From contig CAWDVD010000002.1 in NCBI GenBank assembly GCA_963805745.1, positions 1,253,119-1,317,118 of the forward strand: a DNA stretch of 64,000 nt, given 5' to 3'. Each line of letters opens with the position of its first letter. Position 1 is the first letter of the stretch. This stretch comes from an uncultured Solirubrobacteraceae bacterium (GTDB lineage: Bacteria; Actinomycetota; Thermoleophilia; Solirubrobacterales; Solirubrobacteraceae). Below are positions 54,310 through 64,000 of the stretch, piece after piece. The notes beneath the pieces are model-generated. The model was not told where the DNA came from, did no database searches, and saw only the letters and a program-made list of their open reading frames with translations. Made by a program: the position numbers and the translations under genes.

Positions 54310-54821
54310 ACACGCTCGAGCCCGTATCCGTGGCGCTGAAGTTCGGGTTCCTCGTCGTGCTGTATCTGTTCCTGCTGTGGGTCGCGCGCAGCGCCCGCCG
54401 CGATCTTCGCGGGGGCCCTGCCGCTTCGAGCGAATCGCCGTCCGGACGCGCGAGCCCGTCGATCCCGCCGGACGCCACGGGCATGTACTCGGCCTCGGCG
54501 CTCGGCAGCGCCGACGTCGCCCACCGCGCTCCGCGCCTGGTGGTCGAGCGCGCGCCCGGCCACGACCAGGGGATGATCTACGACCTCGACGGCGACATCG
54601 TGCTCGGACGCGGCGACCGCGCCGAGATCCGGCTCGAGGACCCGTTCGCCTCCTCGCGCCACGCCCGCGTCTACGAGCAGGGCAACATCGTGGTCATCGA
54701 AGACCTCGACTCGACCAACGGCACGTATCTCAACGAGGAGCTGCTGCAGACGCCCAGGCCCCTGCATCCCGGCGACCGGGTGCGCATCGGCGACAGCGAA
54801 TTCGAATTCGAGGTCGACTAG
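54306..54821 (+). CDS. fhaB: FhaB-like FHA-domain membrane protein
   Basis: N-terminal TM (LKFGFLVVLYLFLLW) and FHA motifs LGRG...SSRHAR...STNGTYLN. Confidence 0.88.
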   Translation: MNTLEPVSVALKFGFLVVLYLFLLWVARSARRDLRGGPAASSESPSGRASPSIPPDATGMYSASALGSADVAHRAPRLVVERAPGHDQGMIYDLDGDIVLGRGDRAEIRLEDPFASSRHARVYEQGNIVVIEDLDSTNGTYLNEELLQTPRPLHPGDRVRIGDSEFEFEVD

Positions 54822-54823
54822 CG

Positions 54824-56083
54824 ATGCTGCGCGTGGCCGAACAGTACGCCGGGACCGACACCGGGCGCCAGCGGCGCGCCAACGAGGACTCCCTGCTCGC
54901 CCGCTCGCCGCTGTTCGTGGTGGCCGACGGCATGGGCGGCGCGCAGGCCGGCGAGGTCGCCTCGCGGATCGCGATCGAGTCCTTTCAGCCCGGCCTGCAG
55001 GACGCCTCCGAGCCCGAGCAGGCGCTCGCGTCGCTCGCGCTCGCCGCCAACGCCCGCATCCACGAGCTGTCGCACTCCAACGCCGAGCACGCCGGCATGG
55101 GCACGACCCTCACCGCCGTGTACGTCGGCGAGGAGGAGGTGGCGATCGCGCACGTCGGCGACAGTCGCGCCTACTGCCTGCGCGACGGCCAGCTGCTGCG
55201 CCTGACCGACGACCATTCGCTGGTCGACGAGCTCATGCGCCAGGGCCGGCTCACGCCCGAGGAAGCGGTCGAGCATCCCCAGCGCTCCGTCATCACGCGC
55301 GCCCTGGGCCCGGAGGGGATGGTGGAGGTCGACACGCGCTCCTTCCGCGGCCGCGCCGCAGACGTGTACCTGCTGTGCAGCGACGGCCTCACCACGATGA
55401 TCTCCGAGGAGCGGATCGCGGCGGTGCTGCTCGCCCACCCGCAGCTGCGCGACGCCGGCGAGGCGCTGATAGCGGCGGCCAACCAGGCAGGCGGACGGGA
55501 CAACATCACCGTGCTGCTGATCCGCCTCGAGGAGGTCCATGTCGCCGAGGCGCCGCTCGTGCACGAGGGCGCGACCTTGGTCGGGGTCCCGGCCGTCTCC
55601 GCGCCAGTCCCCGCGCCGGCGCCCCCATCCGCGGCCCCACCCGTCCCTGCACGGGACGGCGCAACGATGACGCAGGCCCCTGCCGTCCCCGCCCCAGCAT
55701 CCGCCCCCCGGCGTCTGACCCCGCGTCCGGCCCCGCCGGCCTCGAAAGCCGCGCCGGGCGCGCGCGCGCGCAGGCGGATCCGGCGCGGGGGCGCGCTCGT
55801 GTTCGCGCTGGTCGTGCTCGGAGTGCTCGCCTCCGCCGCTTACCTGGCGCTGCAGTCGGTGTACTTCATCGGCACCAACAGCCGGGGTCTTGTCACGATG
55901 TTCCAGGGGCTGCCCTACCGGCTCCCGGGCAACGTGGCGCTCTACAGCAGCCAGTACGTATCGGGGGTCAGCGCCTCGACGCTCAGCCCGGAAAGACGGC
56001 GCTCGCTGCTCGACCACTCGCTGCGCACGGAAGCCGAAGCCGCCTCGTTGATTCGCAGCCTCGAACTCGGACAGCTCGAATGA
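54824..56083 (+). CDS. pstP: PP2C-family Ser/Thr phosphatase PstP/Stp1
   Basis: DTGRQRRANED, VADGMGG, GMGTT, HVGDSRAY, LLCSDGL and GGRDNIT, with a C-terminal TM helix. Confidence 0.95.
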   Translation: MLRVAEQYAGTDTGRQRRANEDSLLARSPLFVVADGMGGAQAGEVASRIAIESFQPGLQDASEPEQALASLALAANARIHELSHSNAEHAGMGTTLTAVYVGEEEVAIAHVGDSRAYCLRDGQLLRLTDDHSLVDELMRQGRLTPEEAVEHPQRSVITRALGPEGMVEVDTRSFRGRAADVYLLCSDGLTTMISEERIAAVLLAHPQLRDAGEALIAAANQAGGRDNITVLLIRLEEVHVAEAPLVHEGATLVGVPAVSAPVPAPAPPSAAPPVPARDGATMTQAPAVPAPASAPRRLTPRPAPPASKAAPGARARRRIRRGGALVFALVVLGVLASAAYLALQSVYFIGTNSRGLVTMFQGLPYRLPGNVALYSSQYVSGVSASTLSPERRRSLLDHSLRTEAEAASLIRSLELGQLE

Positions 56084-56118
56084 GGCTCCCGCACCCCATG
56101 ACGGGGCACAGGCTGTGA
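56080..56118 (+). other. 12-codon mini-ORF (MRLPHPMTGHRL) at the usual rodA position
   Basis: Its ATG overlaps the pstP TGA (ATGA) and its TGA overlaps the pbpA GTG (GTGA). Confidence 0.45.
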
Positions 56119-57554
56119 ACCGCCCGATCATCCGCCTGTACGGGCTCGTAGCCCTGCTGTTCGCGCTGCTCGTCGCGTTCACCTCGCGCTGGACGATCTT
56201 CGAAGCCACCTCGCTGCGCGACAACCCGCTCAACGAGCGCACGCTGCTCGAGCAGCGGCGCATCGAGCGCGGACCGATCGTGGCCGCCGACGGGACGGTG
56301 CTCGCGCGCGACGTACGCCGTCCTGAAGACACCTACCAGCGGGCCTACCCCACGGGCGAAGAGTTCGCCAACGCGATCGGCTACTCCTACCTCGAACCCG
56401 ACCTCGGCAGCACCGGACTGGAGCGTTACCGCAACTCGGCGCTGAACGGGCAGACCGGCACGAACCTGCAGACGATCCTCGACCAGCTCCAGGGCAGGGA
56501 ACCACAGGGCGAGAAGGTCATCACGACGCTTGACCCGCGCGCCCAGCGGGTCGCCAACGAAGCGCTCGCCGGCTACAAGGGGGCGGTGGTCGCAATCGAC
56601 CCGAGCACCGGCGCGGTCACCGTGATGGCCTCCTCGCCGAGCTTCAACCCCAACGCGCTGCGCTCGTCCGCCGACGCGGAGAAGCTCAAAACGGACCCCA
56701 GCGCCCCGCTCGTCAACCGCGCCACGCAGTTCGGCTACGCGCCGGGCTCGACGTTCAAGGTGCTCACCGCCACGGCCGCCATCGACACGGGCGTGTACAC
56801 GCTCGAATCGACCGTCAGCGGTCGCAACGACATAACCATCTCGGGCGTGCCGCTGCAGAACGACCAGAACGAAAGCTTCGGCGAGCTGACACTCACCCAG
56901 GCGCTCGCCAAATCGGTGAACACCGTGTGGGCGCAGGTCGCGGAAAAGCTCGGCAAGCGCACGCTCGCGCGCTACATGGACCGCTTCGGCTTCGACCGCA
57001 CGCCCCAGCTCGACTACCCGGCGAAAGAAATGTCGCCCAGCGGCGAGTACGAAGGCGAAGACCTGCTGGCGCCCACGAGCCCCAACGTCGACGTCGGGCG
57101 CATGGGCATCGGCCAGGACAAACTCGAGGTGACCCCGCTGCAGATGGCCGAGGTCGCCGCCGCCGTCGCCAACCGCGGGCGCCTGATGGTGCCGCATCTG
57201 ACAAGCCGCATCGTCGACGCCGAAGGGCGCACGGTGACGAGCGTCTCCCCACGCGTGCAGTCGGTCGTGATGAAGCCCTCGACCGCCGCGGCGGTGACGT
57301 CGATGATGGAGGCCGTGGTCAACGAAGGGACCGCCACGGCCGCGCAGATTCCCGGCGTGCAGGTAGCGGGCAAGACGGGCACGGCCGAAACGCAGATCGG
57401 CACCGCGCTCAACAACGCCTGGTTCATCGCCTTCGCCCCCGCGTCCCACCCCCGCGTGGCGATCGCGGCGACCGTCCAGCACGTCCCCGGCTATGGGGCC
57501 ATCTTCGCCCTGCCAGTCGCCAGACGCGTGATGGAAAGCCTGCTCGATGATTGA
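56115..57554 (+). CDS. pbpA: Class B penicillin-binding protein PbpA
   Basis: PGSTFK (SxxK), SVN (SxN) and GKTGTA motifs. Confidence 0.93.
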   Translation: MNRPIIRLYGLVALLFALLVAFTSRWTIFEATSLRDNPLNERTLLEQRRIERGPIVAADGTVLARDVRRPEDTYQRAYPTGEEFANAIGYSYLEPDLGSTGLERYRNSALNGQTGTNLQTILDQLQGREPQGEKVITTLDPRAQRVANEALAGYKGAVVAIDPSTGAVTVMASSPSFNPNALRSSADAEKLKTDPSAPLVNRATQFGYAPGSTFKVLTATAAIDTGVYTLESTVSGRNDITISGVPLQNDQNESFGELTLTQALAKSVNTVWAQVAEKLGKRTLARYMDRFGFDRTPQLDYPAKEMSPSGEYEGEDLLAPTSPNVDVGRMGIGQDKLEVTPLQMAEVAAAVANRGRLMVPHLTSRIVDAEGRTVTSVSPRVQSVVMKPSTAAAVTSMMEAVVNEGTATAAQIPGVQVAGKTGTAETQIGTALNNAWFIAFAPASHPRVAIAATVQHVPGYGAIFALPVARRVMESLLDD

Positions 57555-59499
57555 CCCCGAGACGATCATCGACGGCCGCTACAGGGTGATCTCGCGCCTG
57601 GGCTCCGGGGGCATGGCCGACGTGTACCTCGCCCAGGACCAGCTCCTGGGCAGGGACGTCGCGGTGAAGGTGCTGCACCATCACTTCTCCGAAGACCAGG
57701 AGTTCGTCGAGCGCTTCCGGCGCGAGGCCTCGAGCGCCGCCGCGCTGTCGCACCCGAACATCGTCGCGATCTTCGACCGCGGCGAGTGGAACGGCACCTA
57801 CTACATCGCCATGGAGTACGTGGCCGGCCGCTCGCTGAAGACGATCGTGCGCGAGCACGGCGCGCTCGACCCCGCGGCGGCGATCGACATCGTCGTGCAG
57901 ATCCTGCGTGCCGCGCGCTTCGCGCACAGGCGCGGGGTCATCCACCGCGACCTCAAGCCCCACAACGTGATCATCGACGAAGAGGGCCGCGCCCGCGTCA
58001 CCGACTTCGGGATCGCCCGCGCGGGCGCCTCGGACATGACGCTCACCGGCTCGATCATGGGCACCGCCCAGTATCTCTCGCCCGAGCAGGCGCAGGGGCT
58101 CGCCGTCAGCGCCGCCTCGGACCTGTACTCGATCGGGGTGATCCTGTACGAGCTGCTCACCGGCGTGGTCCCGTTCGAGGGCGAGACCGCGGTGGCGATC
58201 GCCCTCAAGCAGGTCTCCGCCGAGCCATACCCGCCGAGCGCGCTCAACCCCGCGCTGCCCCAATCCCTGGACGCGGTCGTCCTGCGCGCGCTGGCCAAGG
58301 ACCCCGCGCAGCGCTACGCGGACGCCGACGAGCTGATCGCGGCGCTCGAACACGAGCGCGCGGCGCTGCCCGCGTTCTCGCCCGCACCCGCCGCCGCCGT
58401 CCCCGCCGGCCCCGTCTATCACGCTGCGCCGGCGCCCGTGGCGCCGAGCACCGGCTCGCTGCTGGCGGCGCCGCCCGGCACCGGGCGCTACGACATCGAT
58501 GACGGCCCACCGCCGCAGGACGACCGCCGCTGGCGACGCGCGCTGCTGTGGACGCTGGCGGTGGTGCTCCTCATCGGCGTGGCGGCGCTGGCGATCGTGC
58601 TGACGCAGTCGAGCAAATCGGTGAGCGTGCCGAGCGTGACCGACCAGACCGAACAGGCCGCCGGAGCCGCGCTGCGCAGCGCGGGCCTGAACCCCGTCCC
58701 GTCGCTGGCGCCGAGCACGACCGTCCCCAGCGGCCTCGTGATCCGCCAGGCGCCGGCCGCGGGGAGCGTCGTCAAGAAGGGGAGCCGGGTGAGCATCGTG
58801 GTCTCGGGCGGCCCGTCGAGCGCGCCGCTAATTAACGTCGCCGGGCTCAGCGCCGCCAAGGCCGAAGCCAGGCTGCACAAGGCGGGCTACAAGACGACGA
58901 AGAAGGCCGAGTCCAGCAAGACGCTCGAAGCGGGCCTGGTGATCGGCACCGAACCTCCCGCTGAAACCGAGGTGCAGGAAGGCCGCCTGGTCACGCTGCT
59001 GGTCTCCAGCGGCCCCGCTCCGGTACGCGTGCCGGACGTGACCGGCCAGTCCCAGGAAGCGGCGGAAGCGACGCTCACCAACGCCGAACTGGCTGTCGGC
59101 GCGATCACGCGGCGAGTGTCGAGCACGCAGAACCCGGGCACCGTGCTCGCGCAGTCGCCGGCCGCCGGCAGCTCGGTGCGCGTGGGCGACAAGGTCGAAC
59201 TGACGGTCGCGCGAGCGCCCAAGGAAGTCGCCATCCCCGGGGTCGTCGGCGCGGCCGAAGCGGTGGCGGTGGCGCACCTCAAAGCCGCCGGCCTGCACCC
59301 CGTGACCGTGACCGCAGCGACGACCGAAGCGGCGCAGGTGGGCGTGGTGCTCAAACAGAGCCCCGAAGCCGGCACCAAGGCCCGCAAGGGCGCGACCGTG
59401 ACGATCACCGTCGGCGCGCAGGCGACGCCGACCATACCCACGACCACCACGACGACGTCCACCACCACCACGACGCCCGCGCTGCCGCCGTCCGAATGA
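57547..59499 (+). CDS. pknB: PASTA-domain Ser/Thr kinase PknB
   Basis: LGSGGMADVY, HRDLKPHN and DFGIARA, one TM helix and four PASTA repeats (VPSVT, LINVA, VPDVT, IPGVV). Confidence 0.95.
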   Translation: MIDPETIIDGRYRVISRLGSGGMADVYLAQDQLLGRDVAVKVLHHHFSEDQEFVERFRREASSAAALSHPNIVAIFDRGEWNGTYYIAMEYVAGRSLKTIVREHGALDPAAAIDIVVQILRAARFAHRRGVIHRDLKPHNVIIDEEGRARVTDFGIARAGASDMTLTGSIMGTAQYLSPEQAQGLAVSAASDLYSIGVILYELLTGVVPFEGETAVAIALKQVSAEPYPPSALNPALPQSLDAVVLRALAKDPAQRYADADELIAALEHERAALPAFSPAPAAAVPAGPVYHAAPAPVAPSTGSLLAAPPGTGRYDIDDGPPPQDDRRWRRALLWTLAVVLLIGVAALAIVLTQSSKSVSVPSVTDQTEQAAGAALRSAGLNPVPSLAPSTTVPSGLVIRQAPAAGSVVKKGSRVSIVVSGGPSSAPLINVAGLSAAKAEARLHKAGYKTTKKAESSKTLEAGLVIGTEPPAETEVQEGRLVTLLVSSGPAPVRVPDVTGQSQEAAEATLTNAELAVGAITRRVSSTQNPGTVLAQSPAAGSSVRVGDKVELTVARAPKEVAIPGVVGAAEAVAVAHLKAAGLHPVTVTAATTEAAQVGVVLKQSPEAGTKARKGATVTITVGAQATPTIPTTTTTTSTTTTTPALPPSE

Positions 59500-60557
59500 G
59501 CGACCGGACGGGCACGGGGGGCACGACGGTCGGCGAGGCGCTCGCGGTGGCCGTCCTGGCCGGTGGTCGCTCCTCCGAGCACGACGTGTCGCTGTCCTCC
59601 GGCACGGCCGTCCGCGACGGGCTGCACGCCGCCGGGCACGAGGTCGTGTGGGTCGAGATCGGTCGCGACGGCGTCTGGCGCCGCGACGGGCAACCGCTCA
59701 GCGTCACGCCGGCGGGCGGGCTGCTCGGGGTGGACGTCGTGTTCCCGGCGCTGCACGGCCCCTTCGGCGAGGACGGGACCGTGCAGGGGCTGCTGGAGAC
59801 GCTCGACGTGGCCTACGTGGGAGCGGGCGTGGCCGCTTCGGCGGTGTGCCTGGACAAGGTCCTGTTCAAGGAGCTGATGTCCGCGATCGGCGTCCCGCAG
59901 GTGGACTACGTGGGGGTGCGGGCCGAGCGCTTCGCGCGCTCGCGCGAGCACGCGCTCGCCGAGATCGCGCGGATCGCGGCGCTCGGCCTGCCCGTGTTCG
60001 TCAAGCCGGCGCACCTGGGCTCCTCGATGGGCATCGTCAAGGTCACCGCCGAGGAGGAGCTGGGCGAGGCCCTGCGCCACGCGTTCGACCACGACAGCCT
60101 GGCGATCGTCGAGGCGATGGCGTCGGGCACGGAGGTCGAGTGCGGGGTGCTCGGCGTCCTTGCCGGCGAGCGCGACGGCGGCGAGGCGGCGATCGCCTCC
60201 GAACCGGGCGAGATCGTGTACGCGGGCGAGTTCTACGACTTCGGCGCGAAGTACGTGCCCGGCGGCATGGAGCTGAAGATCCCCGCCCGGATCTCCGCGA
60301 GCGCGAGCGAGGAGGTCAGGCGGCTGGCCGTGCGGGCGTTCGCCGCCGCCGGCTGCGAGGGCCTGGCGCGGGTGGACTTCTTCGTCGAAGGAGAGCGCGT
60401 GCTGGTCAACGAGCTGAACACGATGCCCGGCTTCACGCCCACGAGCGTGTACGCCAAGCTGCTGGCCGCCTCGGGCGTCGCCTACCCGCGGCTGCTCGAC
60501 CGCCTCTGCCGGCTGGCGTGCGAGCGCCATGAGCAACGGCGCGCGTACCGCTTTTGA
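59496..60557 (+). CDS. ddl: D-alanine--D-alanine ligase
   Basis: GGRSSEHDVS, HGPFGEDGT, KPAHLGSS and NELNTMPG. Confidence 0.96.
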   Translation: MSDRTGTGGTTVGEALAVAVLAGGRSSEHDVSLSSGTAVRDGLHAAGHEVVWVEIGRDGVWRRDGQPLSVTPAGGLLGVDVVFPALHGPFGEDGTVQGLLETLDVAYVGAGVAASAVCLDKVLFKELMSAIGVPQVDYVGVRAERFARSREHALAEIARIAALGLPVFVKPAHLGSSMGIVKVTAEEELGEALRHAFDHDSLAIVEAMASGTEVECGVLGVLAGERDGGEAAIASEPGEIVYAGEFYDFGAKYVPGGMELKIPARISASASEEVRRLAVRAFAAAGCEGLARVDFFVEGERVLVNELNTMPGFTPTSVYAKLLAASGVAYPRLLDRLCRLACERHEQRRAYRF

Positions 60558-60573
60558 GTTGGACTGCTGAGCG

Positions 60574-62148
60574 CTACTTGAACAGCGTCAGCTCGTCGAT
60601 CGTCGCCGACTCCATCCCGGGCGGCAGCGTGGTCAGCCAGAGGAGGTAGTAGCGGTGCGGGTGCCCGGACAGCGCCACCGGGATGCGTTCGCCGTTGTGC
60701 ACGTAGGAGCTCGCGCCGACGGGTCCCAGCCACCCTCGCACGCTCAGCGGCGCGGAGTCTCCATACGGCGGTTCCAGTTCGATGTGGTCGGCGGCGTAGA
60801 TCTGCACGGCGAAGCCGGGGGTCGGCGTCTGGACCTCGATCGCCTTGGCGAGCACCGTGGGAGCGGCGTCGAGATAGACGCCCGTGCCGACGCCGCCGGG
60901 CTTCTTGAGCGTGCCGTCGTAGTACTGCTCGGTGCTCCACGTCGTGTTGGGGTCGCCGTCGACGACGTTGTCGACCTGGTCGCGGTTTTCCGGCCCGGTG
61001 CCGAACGGGTTGTAGTCGTGGGCGGCCGTCTGGCTCAGCGCCACCGGTTCCAGGCCCGCGTGCGCGCTGATGCCCGGCGTCACCCCCACGCCGCGGTGCG
61101 TCCTGCCGGCGAGGGCGACCAGCGCGATCGCGACGATCGCGACGAGCAGCGCCAGCGAGGCGACCCAGCGCGCGGGGTGGCGCATGCGCCACGGCAGGCG
61201 ACGGCGTGCCTGCCCGGGGAGGCTGCGCAGCACGGTGGTCACCTCGCCGGTGGCCGCCCCGGCGCGGGCGGCCTCGATCGCGAGCACCTCCTCGAGGTCG
61301 GTCACCATGCTCCCCGCGTCCTGGTAGCGGCGCGCGAGATCCTTGGACACCGCGCGGTCGACGACCGCGGCGGTCGCCGCGGAGAGCTCGGGACGCAGCA
61401 GCTGCACGTCGGGCACGTCCTCGCGCACGTGCTTCATCGCCACCGCCACCGGCGAGCTCCCGTGGAAGGGGACGTCGCCGGTGAGCATCTCGAACAGCAC
61501 GACCCCCAGCGAGTACAGGTCGGACTGTCCGGTGACGGCCTGCCCGAGCGCCTGCTCGGGCGAGACGTAGTCGGTCGTGCCGAGCACGCGCCCGGCGATC
61601 GTCAGCCCTTCCTCGGTGAGCGTGCGCGCGATCCCGAAGTCCGTGATCTTGGCTGCGCCTTCCTCGCCGATCAGCACGTTGTGGGGCTTGACGTCGCGGT
61701 GCACGATCTGGCGCTCGTGGGCGGCGCCGAGCGCGCGCGCGATCTCGATCGCGTAGGCGATCGCCTGCGGGATGTCGAGCGGCCCTTCGCGGCGGATGAC
61801 GTCCTTGAGGGTCTCGCCTTCGACGTACTCGAGCACTATGTACGGCGATCCCACCTCCGCGGTTGCGGTCCCGCCCTCTCCCTGCGGCTCCCAGTCCGGC
61901 GAGGGCTCCTCGCCGGCGTCGATCACGGTGACCACGTGCGGGTGGCTGAGCTGCGCCACCGAGCGCGCCTCCCTGCGGAAGCGCTCGAGCTGATCGGAGT
62001 CGGCCGCGATCTCGCGATGCATCAGCTTGATCGCCACCGGCCGCTCGAGCACCGTGTCGAAGGCGCAGTAGACCGTCGACATCCCTCCACGCCCGATCAC
62101 GGTGTCGAGTCGGTAGCGCCCGCCGATCACGGTGCCGATGACGATCAT
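60574..62148 (-). CDS. Ser/Thr protein kinase with a TM helix and an extracellular discoidin-like domain
   Basis: IGRGGMSTVY, HRDVKPHN, DFGIAR and a C-terminal VDGDPNTTWST. Confidence 0.9.
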   Translation of the reverse strand: MIVIGTVIGGRYRLDTVIGRGGMSTVYCAFDTVLERPVAIKLMHREIAADSDQLERFRREARSVAQLSHPHVVTVIDAGEEPSPDWEPQGEGGTATAEVGSPYIVLEYVEGETLKDVIRREGPLDIPQAIAYAIEIARALGAAHERQIVHRDVKPHNVLIGEEGAAKITDFGIARTLTEEGLTIAGRVLGTTDYVSPEQALGQAVTGQSDLYSLGVVLFEMLTGDVPFHGSSPVAVAMKHVREDVPDVQLLRPELSAATAAVVDRAVSKDLARRYQDAGSMVTDLEEVLAIEAARAGAATGEVTTVLRSLPGQARRRLPWRMRHPARWVASLALLVAIVAIALVALAGRTHRGVGVTPGISAHAGLEPVALSQTAAHDYNPFGTGPENRDQVDNVVDGDPNTTWSTEQYYDGTLKKPGGVGTGVYLDAAPTVLAKAIEVQTPTPGFAVQIYAADHIELEPPYGDSAPLSVRGWLGPVGASSYVHNGERIPVALSGHPHRYYLLWLTTLPPGMESATIDELTLFK

Positions 62149-62232
62149 CCGCCTCTATTGTGCGCGCAAGCCAGGCGGCGCGCGCATGCGCGACCGGACG
62201 CCATCCCCTCGAGCGGCCGTTTCGTTTACGGA

Positions 62233-63093
62233 TTAGTCGGAGTTCGCAGTGCGCTGAGAGCGCAGGCGTGAGATCACGAGGGCCGCGAGCAGACAGCGGT
62301 AGAGGGAGCAGGGCCAGAGCGGCTGACCGTCGCGCAGCCGGCGATCCAGCAGCCGGGCGCTGGCCAGGGTGGAGAGCAGCGCGCTCGCGCCACCGAGCGC
62401 GAGCGACGCGCGCTGCTCGCGCGGAACGCCGGTGCGGCGCATGCGCGCGCCCTTGAGCGCGCTCGCCGCGAAGATCACCGGCAGCCCCGCGTGCCAGGAG
62501 AGCGCCTGCGCCGCGCCGCGGGCGAAACCGCGCGCGCGCGCGGCGCTCAGCGTGGCCCCGTTGCGCGATACACCGGGCATCAGCGCGGCCGTCTGGGCGA
62601 GCCCGAGCGCGAGTCCGTCGCGCGCGGTCGCGTCCTCCTGGGCGCGCGCCCCGTCGCTGCCGCTGGCGCCCGGGCGCGCATCCGCGATCGCCATCGCCAC
62701 GGCGCCGCCGGCCAGACCGGCCGCGATCGAGCGCGGCCCGCCGAGCCACCGCTCGATCGGTCGGTCGAGCACGTATCCGGCGAGCGCGGGCGGCGCGAGC
62801 GAGAGCGCGATCACGACCGCCCGCCGCCCGTCCACGCGCGCGGCGTCGTGCAGCAGCTGACGGCGCATGTGGATCGCGAGCGCTGCGCCGGCGCCGGCGT
62901 GCAGGGCGACCTCGAAGGACTTGCGCCGCTCTCCGTGCAGCCGCGCGTAGGGCCAGCCGGCGAGCCACGGGATCAACGTCGTGTGCGCCGAGGAGGAGAC
63001 CGGCAGCAGCTCGGCCGGGCCCTGCAGCAGCCCGAGCGCGACGGCGTGGCGAAGCGGGAGCGCCTCCTCGGGGCAAGCCTCAGCCGACGGCAT
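62233..63093 (-). CDS. uppP: Undecaprenyl-diphosphate phosphatase UppP/BacA
   Basis: GLLQGPAELLPVSSSAH and ALMPGVSRNGAT. Confidence 0.92.
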   Translation of the reverse strand: MPSAEACPEEALPLRHAVALGLLQGPAELLPVSSSAHTTLIPWLAGWPYARLHGERRKSFEVALHAGAGAALAIHMRRQLLHDAARVDGRRAVVIALSLAPPALAGYVLDRPIERWLGGPRSIAAGLAGGAVAMAIADARPGASGSDGARAQEDATARDGLALGLAQTAALMPGVSRNGATLSAARARGFARGAAQALSWHAGLPVIFAASALKGARMRRTGVPREQRASLALGGASALLSTLASARLLDRRLRDGQPLWPCSLYRCLLAALVISRLRSQRTANSD

Positions 63094-63784
63094 CGGCTGC
63101 CGGGTCGCGGCGCGCCCGCCGCCGGCGCACGAGCACGTACACGACGCCCACGACGACCCCCGCGACGATCGCGTAGTCGACGTACTCGAAGCCCTTGCGC
63201 ACGCTCGTCCAGTCGCCACCGAGCGCATGCCCGGCCAGCGCCAGCCCCAGGACCCACGGGAACGTGCCGATCAGCGAGAACACGGTGAAGCGCCCGAGCG
63301 GCATCCTGGCCACGCCCGCGGGCAGCGACACGAACGCCCTGACCACGGGGATCACGCGACCGATCAGGACGGCCGCCTCGCCGTGGCGCTGGAACCAGCG
63401 ATCGCCGCGTTCGATCTGCGCCGGACCCATGTGCAAGCGGGCCCCGTGGCGTTCGAACAGCTCCAGGCGCCCGCCGCGGCCGACGGCGTAGGCGACCCAG
63501 GAGCCGACGATCGTGCCGAGCATGCCCGCCAGCACGACCCCGACCAGCGTCAGGTGGTGATGGGAGGCGCTCTGGCCGGGATCCGCGACGGCGAAGCCGG
63601 CGAACAGCATCACCACCTCGGAGGGGAGCGGGATGCATGCGCTGCCGACGGCCATCAGCGCGAAGATCACCGGCAGGCCCCCGTCGCGGACCAGGTGCGA
63701 GGTTTCGTTGACCAGCGTTTCGGATATCGCGGCGAGGACGAGCATCGGCCGGCCAACGATACTGGCGATGCGCGGTCGTGACAC
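63080..63784 (-). CDS. DedA-family membrane protein
   Basis: IPLPSEVVMLFAGF and GRVIPVVRAFVSLPAG. Confidence 0.92.
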   Translation of the reverse strand: MSRPRIASIVGRPMLVLAAISETLVNETSHLVRDGGLPVIFALMAVGSACIPLPSEVVMLFAGFAVADPGQSASHHHLTLVGVVLAGMLGTIVGSWVAYAVGRGGRLELFERHGARLHMGPAQIERGDRWFQRHGEAAVLIGRVIPVVRAFVSLPAGVARMPLGRFTVFSLIGTFPWVLGLALAGHALGGDWTSVRKGFEYVDYAIVAGVVVGVVYVLVRRRRARRDPAADAVG

Positions 63785-63836
63785 GGACTCGCGCCCCGGG
63801 GCTCGCCGTGGCGCGGACCGTTACCGTGCCTCGTCG

Positions 63837-64000
63837 ATGCGCGTCTGGATCGACCTGACGAACAGCCCGCACGTGCTGGTCATGCGCCCGGTGATCGAGC
63901 TGCTGCGCGCGGACGGCCACGACGTGCGCGTGACCGCGCGCGACTTCGCCCAGACGATCGAGCTGTGCGAACGCCTGGGCGTCGCCCACACGCAGATCGG
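63837..64000 (+). CDS. DUF354-family glycosyltransferase-like protein, 3'-truncated by the window edge
   Basis: MRVWIDLTNSPHVLVMRPVI...VTARDFAQTIEL. Confidence 0.8.
   Translation, partial: MRVWIDLTNSPHVLVMRPVIELLRADGHDVRVTARDFAQTIELCERLGVAHTQI

Noticed and set aside
59430-59480. ACC/ACG trinucleotide-like run
   Set aside because: It encodes the Thr-rich tail of PknB and is low-complexity coding sequence.

Overview
This is a GC-rich actinobacterial window covering the chromosomal origin. A Thermoleophilia/Solirubrobacterales-like source is my inference from gene content and order. The core block is parB-parA-rsmG-(orphan LAGLIDADG-like ORF)-jag-yidC-yidD-rnpA-rpmH | dnaA-oriC-dnaN-recF-dciA-gyrB-gyrA. 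It is followed by a CAP protein, a candidate small RNA, an HNH gene, pheA, and the fhaA-fhaB-pstP-pbpA-pknB-ddl cell-wall signalling cluster. The left third is accessory: hydrolases, an ECF sigma factor, a GGDEF-EAL protein, a K+ channel, a run of large secreted repeat proteins, and an ~8.2-kb decayed island. The island is bounded by a 15-bp repeat of the tRNA-Ile 3' end and contains an intact IS5 plus IS701, IS21 and possibly integrase remnants. The five most notable observations follow. (1) A 1.84-kb element with 39-40-bp terminal inverted repeats and a 6-bp target duplication sits between rpmH and dnaA. It carries an IS1595-type transposase relic, a Panacea/DUF4065 antitoxin with a RelE/ParE-like partner, and a divergent small regulator with a palindrome. 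(2) A promoter- and terminator-bounded ~225-nt structured RNA can pair over 17 nt with the 16S rRNA 3' tail and encodes a 14-aa ORF. (3) A standalone single-motif LAGLIDADG-like gene lies inside the jag-rsmG operon, behind a split parS-like palindrome. (4) A 571-aa intein with HTH and LAGLIDADG domains interrupts the GyrB TOPRIM motif. (5) rodA is absent and a 12-codon ORF, coupled to both neighbours, occupies its place. All family calls come from motif recognition by eye; no searches were run.
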